Source: Thermovibrio ammonificans HB-1 (GTDB lineage: Bacteria > Aquificota > Aquificia > Desulfurobacteriales > Desulfurobacteriaceae). From it: a stretch of 64,000 nt of DNA. The translations under genes were made by a program, and so were the position numbers. The stretch spans positions 264,418 through 328,417 of the forward strand of contig NC_014926.1 of assembly GCF_000185805.1 (NCBI RefSeq), read 5' to 3'. Under the pieces are notes generated by a model that saw nothing but the letters and a program-made list of their open reading frames with translations, made no database searches and had not been told where the DNA came from. Shown piece after piece: positions 19,713-28,500 of the stretch. Positions within the stretch are counted from its first letter, which is position 1, and each line of letters begins with the position of its first letter.

Positions 19713-20462
19713 GTGGGGTTGTCTCAGAGAGAGAGCTTCGAAGTAGAAGAGCTTCTAAAAGAATTCGGCCTCAACTCCTACGAGGCCCGCTGCTATCTTG
19801 CGCTCCTGAGGCTGGGTAAGGCACCCGCCTCAGAGGTTTCCAAAGTATCCTCTGTTCCGCCTCAGCGGGTTTACGACTCCCTTTCCTCCCTTGAGGATAA
19901 GGGTTTCGTTCAGGTTGTTAACTCCCGCCCCAAGCTCTACGTTCCCTTTCCCGTGAGGGAGGCCCTCCTGAACAGACTCTACCAACTGAAGCTCGAGTTT
20001 GAGCGGCGTGAGCGCTTCCTGAGGGGGTTGATAGAGGAGGTTGAGCGGCTCGTATCGAGGCAGGTTGAGTTTCCCTCGCCCTCCGGCGGTGAAGTTTTCA
20101 CCATAGAGGGTGAAAAGGCGATAACTTCAACCGCCCTAAGGCTTATCTCCTCGGCCCGGGAGAGCGTGAAGGTGGCGGGCATCAGGCCGCTGTTCACATT
20201 CGGCTGCAGGGGGAACCTCGGCCGCTACCTGAAAGAGGGGGTTAAGGTTTTGGCCGTTGGCGTTTTCGATGAGCCGTGTAAGAGGGAGATATCGCGCTTA
20301 GGGGGCGTTTACGTTGAGAAGAAGGTGGACTGCAGTTACCTGCTTATAGTCGACGGCGGGAAGCTCCTATACGTTTACTCCGGCGGCAGGGGGCTGTTTA
20401 CCGAGAACAAGGGGGTTGTTGCCCCGTTTCTTGCATATTTTGATAACTTGATTAATAATTAG
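19713..20462 (+). CDS. TrmB-family transcriptional regulator
   Basis: N-terminal TrmB-type wHTH segment YEARCYLALLRLGKAPASEVSKVSSVPPQRVYDSLSSLEDKGFV. Start codon is uncertain. Confidence 0.5.
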   Translation: MGLSQRESFEVEELLKEFGLNSYEARCYLALLRLGKAPASEVSKVSSVPPQRVYDSLSSLEDKGFVQVVNSRPKLYVPFPVREALLNRLYQLKLEFERRERFLRGLIEEVERLVSRQVEFPSPSGGEVFTIEGEKAITSTALRLISSARESVKVAGIRPLFTFGCRGNLGRYLKEGVKVLAVGVFDEPCKREISRLGGVYVEKKVDCSYLLIVDGGKLLYVYSGGRGLFTENKGVVAPFLAYFDNLINN

Positions 20463-20497
20463 ATTGATTCAATTCTTAAACTCCGCTGGAGTGCCTG

Positions 20498-21526
20498 TTG
20501 AACGGTTCCCGCTTAAGACCCCTTTTCAGGAGGGCTGTTCAGGCTGCAGTCTTCGTTCTGATGGTGTGGGAGGTTTACCGCTTCTACCGCTTTGTCTACT
20601 ACGGTGCTCCCAAGCCCGACGCTACCGACGCCTTCTGTCCGATAGTGGGCACCTTCGACATCATAATGAAACTGAAAACCGGAATTACCGACCCCTTCCA
20701 CCCTGCCGCAATGGCTATTATCCTTGCCTCCGTGCTGACAACCCTCCTTGTGGGGAAGGTGTTCTGCTCCTACGTGTGCGTTGTCGGGACTTTCCTTGAC
20801 CTCCTCACCGGCCTTAGGAAAAGGTTCATTAACCTAAAGGCCCTGAGCGGTTTAGGCAAGAGGCTTACCTCCTGGCGCTACTACGGCCTTTTGGACCTCC
20901 TTTTAAGAACTCCCAAGTTTTTAATTGCCGGCTGGTTTATCTACACTATGGTCCGGTTTCCCCCGCAGGTTATGGTCGCCATAGCCCAAACATCCAACGC
21001 CTCGGCAGATATCTCCCTCTTTAAGTGGTGGGTGGAGCTCCTCAAAGGTGAACACCCCCTTGCAGCAGCCGTTATGGCGCTGATTCTTCTCTTTTCCCTC
21101 TTTATCCCCCGCTTCTGGTGTAGGTACCTGTGTCCGCTGGGTGCCCTTTACGGGGTTTTCAACCTCTTTTCCCTGGTTAGGATTCGCCGCGACAGGTGTA
21201 CCTGCAAGGGGTGCGGCTCGTGTAACGGCTGTTTCGTGGGGCTGAAACCTTCGAATATGGTTGAGTTTAACAACACCGAGTGTACGGCCTGTTTAGACTG
21301 CTCCGGCAAGTGCCCTACGGCCTCTATTGCCCCGGAGGTTCTCGGAAGGCGCTTCTCACCCCTTTTACACGCCCTTCTATCGGTGGCCCTCTTTTTCGGC
21401 TTTATAGGCCTCTTTATCCACTTGGGGCTGTGGCACTCTCAGGCGCCGAAGCACCTCCTTGCCCTCTTCCTCTACCGTAACGGCTTTGTGACTCCGTGGG
21501 TGAAAGAGACCCTCGGCCCGATGTAG
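20498..21526 (+). CDS. NapH/MauN-like membrane polyferredoxin (two 4Fe-4S motifs)
   Basis: Transmembrane segments plus CTCKGCGSCNGC and CTACLDCSGKCP cysteine clusters. Start is uncertain, either TTG at 20498 or ATG at 20561. Confidence 0.55.
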   Translation: MNGSRLRPLFRRAVQAAVFVLMVWEVYRFYRFVYYGAPKPDATDAFCPIVGTFDIIMKLKTGITDPFHPAAMAIILASVLTTLLVGKVFCSYVCVVGTFLDLLTGLRKRFINLKALSGLGKRLTSWRYYGLLDLLLRTPKFLIAGWFIYTMVRFPPQVMVAIAQTSNASADISLFKWWVELLKGEHPLAAAVMALILLFSLFIPRFWCRYLCPLGALYGVFNLFSLVRIRRDRCTCKGCGSCNGCFVGLKPSNMVEFNNTECTACLDCSGKCPTASIAPEVLGRRFSPLLHALLSVALFFGFIGLFIHLGLWHSQAPKHLLALFLYRNGFVTPWVKETLGPM

Positions 21527-21528
21527 CC

Positions 21529-21876
21529 CTACTTAACAGAGGGGGCCGGTTGGCTGTCTACGGTGTACCAGTCTTCGTGGACGTGGATTACCCTGCCGTC
21601 TTTCGTCTTTATTTCGTAGTCGCTCTGGGCGCTTACTGTGTGGGTGCTCTCCCTGTCGCTTCCGAAAACGTAGCCGAGAATTCCCCCGGCAACGGCGCCG
21701 TATAGGGCTGCATCTTTTGCCGGCGACTTGTAGTGTTTGTGGGTTGCGGCCCCTATTGCGGCTCCCCCTAAGGCTCCGAGCAGGGCTGCGTCCTCTTTTG
21801 AGAGGGTGGTGTCGGTGCCGCAGCCGGCGGTTGCCAGAAGGGCCAGCCCGCTAAGGGTTAATATCAACTTCCTCAT
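21529..21876 (-). CDS. glycine-zipper lipoprotein
   Basis: Lipobox MRKLILTLSGLALLATAGC followed by a G/A-rich glycine-zipper segment. Confidence 0.45.
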   Translation of the reverse strand: MRKLILTLSGLALLATAGCGTDTTLSKEDAALLGALGGAAIGAATHKHYKSPAKDAALYGAVAGGILGYVFGSDRESTHTVSAQSDYEIKTKDGRVIHVHEDWYTVDSQPAPSVK

Positions 21877-22186
21877 CGTACCTCTCCATAATCCGCTTAA
21901 ACTCATCAAGGACCTTACGCCTTATGTGGGCGTAAAGCTCCTTGCTGAGCGGCTCTACAACCGGGATAAACTCCCCGGTTCGGCTCTTCTTGGAGGGCAT
22001 CTGTATGAAGTAGCCCTTATTTGAATATATGATTTTTATATCCTTTATCTGCAGGATATCGTTAATCTTCACAGTTGCCACCGCCTTTACGCTACCGCCT
22101 ATTCCCGTAAGGTCGAAAGGGTAGATTTTTACCTCTGTAACCTCGAGTCCGCCTACCGGCAAGCGCTCTATCTCTTTACGGTTCAT
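21851..22186 (-). CDS. spoVG: SpoVG family protein
   Basis: Motif LEVTEVKIYPF...FIQMPSKKSRTGEFIPVVEPLSKEL is the typical SpoVG signature. Confidence 0.8.
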   Translation of the reverse strand: MNRKEIERLPVGGLEVTEVKIYPFDLTGIGGSVKAVATVKINDILQIKDIKIIYSNKGYFIQMPSKKSRTGEFIPVVEPLSKELYAHIRRKVLDEFKRIMERYDEEVDINP

Positions 22187-22610
22187 CTACCTTAACTCCC
22201 GAAGTGATTTCAGAGTAGATGGGAGAGTTGAGCTCCTGCCACCTCTTGAGCCTTCGGGTGGAGATAACCTGAATCGGCAGGTAGGTGCCCGTCTCCTCAA
22301 ACACCTTTATCCCTTTTTCCATTACGGGTTTTACCGCCTCCCTTTCGTTCTCCACTATTACAAAGAGCTCCACCTCTCCTTCCCTTACAACGGCCCTCAC
22401 TTCCCTGTGGGGAAGGGACCTCAGTAGTTGGGAGAGCCTTCTGACCGCCCGCTTTTTCTCCTCCGGAACGGCCAGTTTGTCCCACCACCGGGGTCTTTCC
22501 GCCTCCCCTTCCTCTGCAAACACCACTATCGCTTCCGTTCCCTCTTTGGGGTTACAGGGCTCTAACGGAACGAAGACTCCGTTTCGGAATACCGCTTTAA
22601 CGCTTTTCAC
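22176..22610 (-). CDS. hypothetical protein with AF2212/DUF104-like antitoxin-type N-terminal domain
   Basis: GTG start at 22610 is preceded by GGAGG. The N-terminus VKSVKAVFRNGVFVPLEP...EGTEAIVVF resembles DUF104. The ORF track's 5' extension is low-complexity and rejected. Confidence 0.4.
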   Translation of the reverse strand: MKSVKAVFRNGVFVPLEPCNPKEGTEAIVVFAEEGEAERPRWWDKLAVPEEKKRAVRRLSQLLRSLPHREVRAVVREGEVELFVIVENEREAVKPVMEKGIKVFEETGTYLPIQVISTRRLKRWQELNSPIYSEITSGVKVDEP

Positions 22611-22651
22611 CGTTTCCTCCGTAAGGGTTCTAATTTTAAAGAAAGGAGTTT

Positions 22652-23320
22652 TTGGGGTTGAATGTGCTCCTTTTTGAGAACAGATTCGATGCCGGGTTGA
22701 AGCTTGCCGAGCAGCTTCAGATTCCTGATAATGCCGTTTTGTTTGCCGTTCCCCGCGGGGGGGTTCCCGTTGCTTACGCAGTTGCCGTTGAGAAGGAGTT
22801 ACCCCTTGACCTTGTTGTTGTGAAGAAGCTCCCCGCTCCCTGGAACCCCGAGGCCGGCTTTGGGGCCATGGCACCAGACGGCACGGTTTTTTGGGCCGAT
22901 ACTTTGGGGGGAAGAGTCTCTATGGACACGGTTGTTGAGGTCGGCCGGAAAGTCCTTGAAGAGGTGAAGAGAAGGGAGAGGGTTTACAGGGGGAGCTCTC
23001 GCTACCCGGACCTTTTCGGCAGGCTCGCCGTTGTGATAGACGACGGTTTTGCCTCCGGCTATACCGCTGCCAGGGGAGCCAGCTTTTTAAGATGGCTTCA
23101 GCCCGAGCGGATATGGTGCGTTGCTCCCGTCTGCTCCGAAAAGGCTTTGAAGGTTCTGAGGGAGTTCTGCGACCGGGTTTTCTGCCTTCACGTTAGCAGG
23201 GAGCTTCCCTTCGCCGTTGCCTCCTTCTACGCAGACTTCCACGACTTGACCGATGAGGAAGTTCTGGCTTACCTTCAAGATTTAAGGCGCAGAGGACTTC
23301 TTTTAACGGAGGAGAGTTGA
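22652..23320 (+). CDS. phosphoribosyltransferase-domain protein
   Basis: PRTase PRPP-binding motif VIDDGFASGYT. Start is uncertain, TTG or GTG between 22652 and 22664. Confidence 0.6.
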   Translation: MGLNVLLFENRFDAGLKLAEQLQIPDNAVLFAVPRGGVPVAYAVAVEKELPLDLVVVKKLPAPWNPEAGFGAMAPDGTVFWADTLGGRVSMDTVVEVGRKVLEEVKRRERVYRGSSRYPDLFGRLAVVIDDGFASGYTAARGASFLRWLQPERIWCVAPVCSEKALKVLREFCDRVFCLHVSRELPFAVASFYADFHDLTDEEVLAYLQDLRRRGLLLTEES

Positions 23321-23691
23321 AGAGCGTAGAGCTTTTAAAAGTTGCCAGGGAGCACCTTGAGAACTGCTACTGCCCCTACTCGGGCGTTCAGGTTGTTGCA
23401 GTCCTGTTCGGCCCAAAAGGTCCCGTTGTTGGGGTGAACGTAGAGAACGCCTCTTACGGCCTTACCGTATGTGCAGAGCGAAGTGCTGTATTCTCTGCCG
23501 TCTCCCGCGGGTTGCGGGATTTTGAAGGGATTTTCATCTACTCTCCCCAGGTTATGCCCTACCCTTGCGGCGCCTGCAGGCAGGTGCTTTCGGAGTTCTT
23601 CCCTGAAGACTTTCAGGTTGTTGTGACAAACGGTAAGGAGGAAGAGAAGTTCACCCTCGGAGAGCTTCTCCCCTTCAACTTCAAGCTCTAA
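23317..23691 (+). CDS. cdd: cytidine deaminase
   Basis: Zinc ligands CAERSA ... PCGACRQ, and a CPYSGVQV substrate loop. Confidence 0.8.
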   Translation: MKSVELLKVAREHLENCYCPYSGVQVVAVLFGPKGPVVGVNVENASYGLTVCAERSAVFSAVSRGLRDFEGIFIYSPQVMPYPCGACRQVLSEFFPEDFQVVVTNGKEEEKFTLGELLPFNFKL

Positions 23692-23701
23692 AGGAGGTGC
23701 A

Positions 23702-24373
23702 ATGGCCAGAGTTCTCCTGGTTGAAGACGACGACTCCATAGGGGAACTTGTCACCTACTACTTAAAGAACAAGGGCTACGACGTAGAGTGGGTTCAAGAC
23801 GGCTTAGAGGCCAGGGAGCTCCTTAAGAGCCGTAAGTACGACATAATTGTTTTAGACCTTATGCTCCCCGGGGTAAACGGTTTAGACCTCTGTAGGGAGG
23901 TTCGCCTCAGGGGAATCAACAAGGACACCCCGATAATCGTCCTTACCGCTATCGGCGACGAAGACACCAAAGTCCACGGCCTTGAGGCCGGAGCCGACGA
24001 CTACGTTACAAAACCCTTCAGCATTAAGGAGCTCCTTGCCCGCATAGAGGCGGTTCTAAGGCGTGCCGGCTACAGCGAGGTGCTTGAGTTTGAGGGGATA
24101 GTAGAGGACAAGCGCTCTAAGTCGGTTACCGTAGACGGAAAGCCGATTCACCTTACAAAAACGGAGCTTCAGCTCCTTGAGTTCTTCCTGGAACACCCGG
24201 AGCAGCTCTTCTCCCGGGAAGAGCTCCTGGAGAAGATATGGGGCGTTGAACACAACGAGACAACGAGAACGGTAGACGTTTACATAAGCAGGCTGAGGAA
24301 GAAGCTGGGAGACAAGGGTAAATTCCTCAAAACCCTTCCCAGGCTGGGCTACAAGTTAACGAGGGAGGAGTGA
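23702..24373 (+). CDS. OmpR/PhoB-family response regulator
   Basis: Receiver domain with the phospho-acceptor DLMLPG, plus a winged-helix DNA-binding domain. No sensor kinase lies adjacent. Confidence 0.85.
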   Translation: MARVLLVEDDDSIGELVTYYLKNKGYDVEWVQDGLEARELLKSRKYDIIVLDLMLPGVNGLDLCREVRLRGINKDTPIIVLTAIGDEDTKVHGLEAGADDYVTKPFSIKELLARIEAVLRRAGYSEVLEFEGIVEDKRSKSVTVDGKPIHLTKTELQLLEFFLEHPEQLFSREELLEKIWGVEHNETTRTVDVYISRLRKKLGDKGKFLKTLPRLGYKLTREE

Positions 24374-24458
24374 TTCCTTCCTCGGCTTTTTGATTAAAGA
24401 GGAGATATAGTTTACTCGGTTGGGGTGGGTATAGTTAGAGGGAGTATAAATGGGAGGA

Positions 24459-24535
24459 TGGAGCGGGCGACGGGATTCGAACCCGCGACCCTCAGCTTGG
24501 AAGGCTGATGCTCTAGCCAGCTGAGCTACGCCCGC
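24459..24535 (-). tRNA. tRNA-Trp (CCA)
   Basis: Cloverleaf with anticodon loop CTTCCAA and an encoded 3' CCA. Confidence 0.85.
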
Positions 24536-24539
24536 TCAT

Positions 24540-24616
24540 TGGTTGCGGGGGCGGGATTTGAACCCGCGACCTCCGGGTTATGAGCCCGGCGAGCTACCAG
24601 ACTGCTCTACCCCGCG
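24540..24616 (-). tRNA. initiator tRNA-fMet (CAT)
   Basis: Anticodon loop CTCATAA with a GGG/CCC anticodon stem and a C1:A72 mismatch, all initiator hallmarks. Confidence 0.8.
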
Positions 24617-24620
24617 TCAG

Positions 24621-24706
24621 TGGTGGAGGGGGCAGGATTCGAACCTGCGTAGGCTTACGCCGGCGGATTTACAGTCCGCTGCCTTTGACCACTCGGCCAC
24701 CCCTCC
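24621..24706 (-). tRNA. tRNA-Tyr (GTA)
   Basis: Anticodon loop CTGTAAA and a long variable arm. 86 nt including CCA. Confidence 0.85.
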
Positions 24707-24710
24707 ACTC

Positions 24711-24787
24711 TGGTGCCGGCTGAGGGAGTCGAACCCCCGACCTGGTGATTACAAGTCACCCGCTCTAGCCAGCTGAGCTAAGCCGGC
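24711..24787 (-). tRNA. tRNA-Thr (TGT)
   Basis: Anticodon loop CTTGTAA and an encoded 3' CCA. Confidence 0.85.
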
Positions 24788-24807
24788 ACTCACTGTGGCC
24801 ACCGAAT

Positions 24808-24835
24808 AATATAGGAAGCAGTCCTGGAGTGTCAA
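24808..24835 (-). promoter_or_regulatory. consensus sigma70 promoter (TTGACA-N16-TATATT) for the Thr-Tyr-fMet-Trp tRNA operon
   Basis: On the minus strand, perfect TTGACA and TATATT hexamers about 20 bp upstream of the tRNA-Thr 5' end. Confidence 0.5.
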
Positions 24836-24883
24836 GGGATTTTTCTATAATTCTGGCCCAACCTTAATGTTCAGGTGGTGGCA

Positions 24884-25468
24884 ATGGAGATTCTCGTTGT
24901 TGGTCCCGTTAGGGGCAACGTTGAGAGGTTTAAAGGGCTCGTTGAGGTGGCCTCACCCGACTTGGTTGTTGCCATAGGTCCCCTTGGGCTTTCGGAGCCT
25001 CTGAAGCTCGGCAGAACTTGGTTTTTCGTGAGGGGGAAAGAGGATTCCCTTACCCCCCTTGCAAAGAGCGACGGTATAGATATGCTCTCCCGGGTTTTCA
25101 GGACCAAGGAAGGTGTTACCTTCTCCGGCATCAGCGGCTACTACGACCCCGTGGCCTCGAAGTTCACCAGGGCCCAGTGGGTAAAGGCGAGGGGAAAGCT
25201 GAGTAAGCGGCACGGCAACGCCGTTTTCGCCGAAGATATAGAGGCCCTGCTCGTTCCCTTCCAGAGGGCGGGGATAGAGCGGCTCGATTTCCTCGTCCTT
25301 GCCGATTCGCCGGAGAGACCTCCCTTCAAGCGGGTGGTAGAGGTTACAAGACCCAGGTATCTCTTTTACCCGGCGGCCTCTTACAGGAAGGAGCGGGTTG
25401 GGGATACGGTTTACATAGGGCTTGAGGATGTTGATTCCCCTAAGGGCAAGTACCTTTTGAAGCTTTAG
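24884..25468 (+). CDS. metallophosphoesterase-like protein with a degenerate metal-binding motif
   Basis: N-terminus ILVVGPVRGNVERF resembles the calcineurin-like GDxHG motif, but reads GPVRG. Confidence 0.35.
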   Translation: MEILVVGPVRGNVERFKGLVEVASPDLVVAIGPLGLSEPLKLGRTWFFVRGKEDSLTPLAKSDGIDMLSRVFRTKEGVTFSGISGYYDPVASKFTRAQWVKARGKLSKRHGNAVFAEDIEALLVPFQRAGIERLDFLVLADSPERPPFKRVVEVTRPRYLFYPAASYRKERVGDTVYIGLEDVDSPKGKYLLKL

Positions 25469-25515
25469 TTGTTAGAATTGATTCTCAATAAACTTCTTTT
25501 AGAGGTAGCAGAGCA

Positions 25516-28500
25516 ATGGGAAACTTTCATAAAGACTCCTGCGGAGTCGGCTTTATAGCAAACTTTAAAGGGGAGCGCTCTTACAGGGTTATAGATAGGG
25601 CCCTTGCGGCGGTATCCAACCTTACCCACAGGGGCGCCACACTTGCAGACGGCAGAACCGGAGACGGCTCGGGTATTCTGTTTCAGGTGCCACACGACTT
25701 CTTCTCTAAAGAGGCCAGGAGGCTCTCCCCCGACTTTAAGGCGACAGAGGTTGCCGTTGGAACGTTTTTCTTGAGCGGCAGTGTAGATGAAGCCCTTGAG
25801 CTTATTGAATCTGAGGTTAAGGCCGTCCTCGGCGATGCCGTTTTAAGGGACGTTCCTATTGACCCTTCCCAGTGCGGTGAGATAGCAAGGCGCTCGTTGC
25901 CGAAAATCGTTCAGGTGATAGCTCCCGCCTCTACTCCTGTTGAGGAGTACGTTCTGAGGCGCAGGCTCGAGAAGGGGTTAAAGAGCATAGACAGACGAAA
26001 CTACGTTGTCTCCCTTTCGAGTCGGCTCGTTGTTTACAAGGGGATGCTCCTTGCCCCTGACCTTAAGAGGTTTTTCCTCGACCTCCGGTGCGAGGAGCTC
26101 ACCTCCTCCTTTGCGATATTCCACCAGCGCTACTCTACAAACACGAACCCGGAGTGGAGGCTTGCTCAGCCCCTCAGGTTCATAGCCCACAACGGGGAGA
26201 TTAACACGATTACCGCAAACAGAAACCTCATTAAGGCCCTTGAGCCGATACTCTCTACACCTGCTCTCGGGGAGAGGATAAAGGAGGTTCTACCCCTTGT
26301 TGAGTTTGATGAGAGCGACTCGGCATCCCTCGACAGGGTTTACGAGCTGATGGTTGTTGCGGGGATAGACCCTGCAACTGCCATAACTGTTTTGATTCCT
26401 CCCGCTTACGAGCTTCTCACCCACCTTACCGGCGAGGAGAGGGCCTTCTTTGAGTACGCTTCCCTCCTTATGAAGCCCTGGGACGGCCCTGCCGCTATAG
26501 CCTTTACAGATGGAACGGTTGTGGGCGGGAAGCTCGACAGAAACGGCCTGAGGCCCGCCCGCTTCGTGGTTACCGAGGGAGGAGACGTTATCTTCGGCTC
26601 CGAAGTGGGAATGGTTGAGGTTCCCGAGAGTGAGGTTGTGCGCTTCGGCAGGTTGATGCCGGGAGAGATATTCACCGTTAACGTTGAGACCGGAGAGTTT
26701 AAGGATAACGACGAGATTCTGTCGGAGATAGCTTCAGAGCTTCGGGTTGAGCGCGAGGTAAGGAGGAAGCTCTACAGGCTTAAGGGTAAAAAGAAGGTAG
26801 AGCCCCGGGTAAGGGAAGGGCTCGGCAGAGAGCTTGTGAAGTTCTGCTACTCTACCGAAGACCTTGAAGAGGTTGTGGAGTATATGGCGGAGATGGGCAA
26901 GGAGCCCGTCTTCTCTATGGGGGACGATACCCCCATACCCAACCTCCTCGATAGGCCCTACCTGCTCTTCCGCCACTTTAAGCAGAGGTTTGCCCAGGTT
27001 ACGAACCCGCCGATAGACCCGATTAGGGAGAAGGCGGTTATGAGCTTGAAGCTCCGTCTCGGGGCTAAGGTTAACTTCCTGGAGCTCTCTGGGAAGCTGA
27101 GGCGGAGGATAGAGGTTGACTCCCCCCTCCTTACCCCTTCGGAGTTTGAGGAGATAAAGGGAACCGAGTTCCTCAACGTTAAGGAGTTTAAGCTTGAGTT
27201 CCGCGAGGACGAGACCCTCAGGGAAGGGCTCAAGAGGCTCTTTGAGTCGGTTAAGAGGGCCATCCTCGAGGAGAACGTAGAGATAATAATCCTTTCCGAC
27301 AGAGACGTTGAGCTTCCAATCCCATCGCTCCTTGCAACTTCGGGCCTGTGTGCCTTTCTGGAGAGGGAGAAGCTCCTCCACAGGGTTTCGCTGGTTGTTG
27401 AAACCGGGGAAGTCCGCGATACCCATCAGACGGCCGCCCTTGTGGCCTTCGGAGCTTCGGCCGTTCACCCCTACCTTGTTTTCGAGTACCTGAAATCTAA
27501 AGAGGTGGAGCTGAACAAGCCCTACTCAGAGCTCGAGGCCAACTACAAGGAGGCCGTAAACGCCGGCCTCTTGAAGATTATGTCCAAAATGGGGATTTCG
27601 GTTATCTCCTCCTACCACCGTTCCCACCTGTTTGACATTCTCGGAATAGGCAGGGAAGTTGTTGAGGAGTTCTTCCCCCATACGGCCTCCCCCGTTGACG
27701 GCATAGGCCTTGAGGAGATAGAACAGACCGTAAGGGAGAGGGTGAAGCTCTCCAAAGAGCTTCACGAGCCCTCTCCCAGCGGTGAGCTGAAGTTCCGCCC
27801 CGGCGGCATCCACCACTCCTGGAGCCCCAAAGTGGTTGCCGGCATATTCAAGGCCGCAAAGAGCGGTAGCTACGAAGAGTTCAGAAAAGTTGTAGAGGAA
27901 GTCCTCAAGAGGCCCACATACCTCAGAGACCTCCTTGAAATTAAGAGCGACAGGGAGCCCATTCCCATAGACCAAGTTGAACCTGTAGAGTCGATAGTGA
28001 AAAGGCTTATGGTTCCCGGGATGTCTATCGGGGCTCTCTCGAAAGTTGCCCACGAGGTAATAGCCGAGGCTATGAATATTCTCGGCTCAAAAAGCTGTAG
28101 CGGCGAAGGAGGAGAAGACCCTGCCCGCTACGGAACCATAAAGAACAGCAAAATAAAACAGGTTGCTTCCGGTAGGTTCGGCGTTACGCCCGCCTACCTT
28201 GCCTCCGCAGAGGAGATAGAGATAAAAATTGCTCAAGGTGCAAAGCCCGGCGAGGGCGGTCACCTGCCGGGCCACAAAGTTACCCCTTACATAGCCTCCC
28301 TCAGGTACTCCGTTCCCGGTGTTGCCCTTATATCGCCGCCTCCCCACCACGACATCTACTCCATTGAAGACCTTGCCCAGCTCATATACGACCTGAAACT
28401 TGCAAACCCCGAGGCGAGAATAGCTGTGAAGCTCGTTTCGGAGGTGGGCGTTGGAACCGTTGCCTGCGGAGTTGCAAAGGCCAAGGCCGACATCGTTCAG

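Noticed and set aside
20464-20799. 111-aa ORF overlapping the start of the NapH-like gene in another frame.
   Set aside because: Out-of-frame overlap with a gene that carries clear transmembrane and Fe-S motifs. Composition-driven.
22611-22874. N-terminal 88 codons of the 232-aa ORF-track ORF at 22176-22874.
   Set aside because: Low-complexity Q/R/G-rich translation antisense to the PRTase gene. A GTG with GGAGG at 22610 gives a sensible shorter gene.
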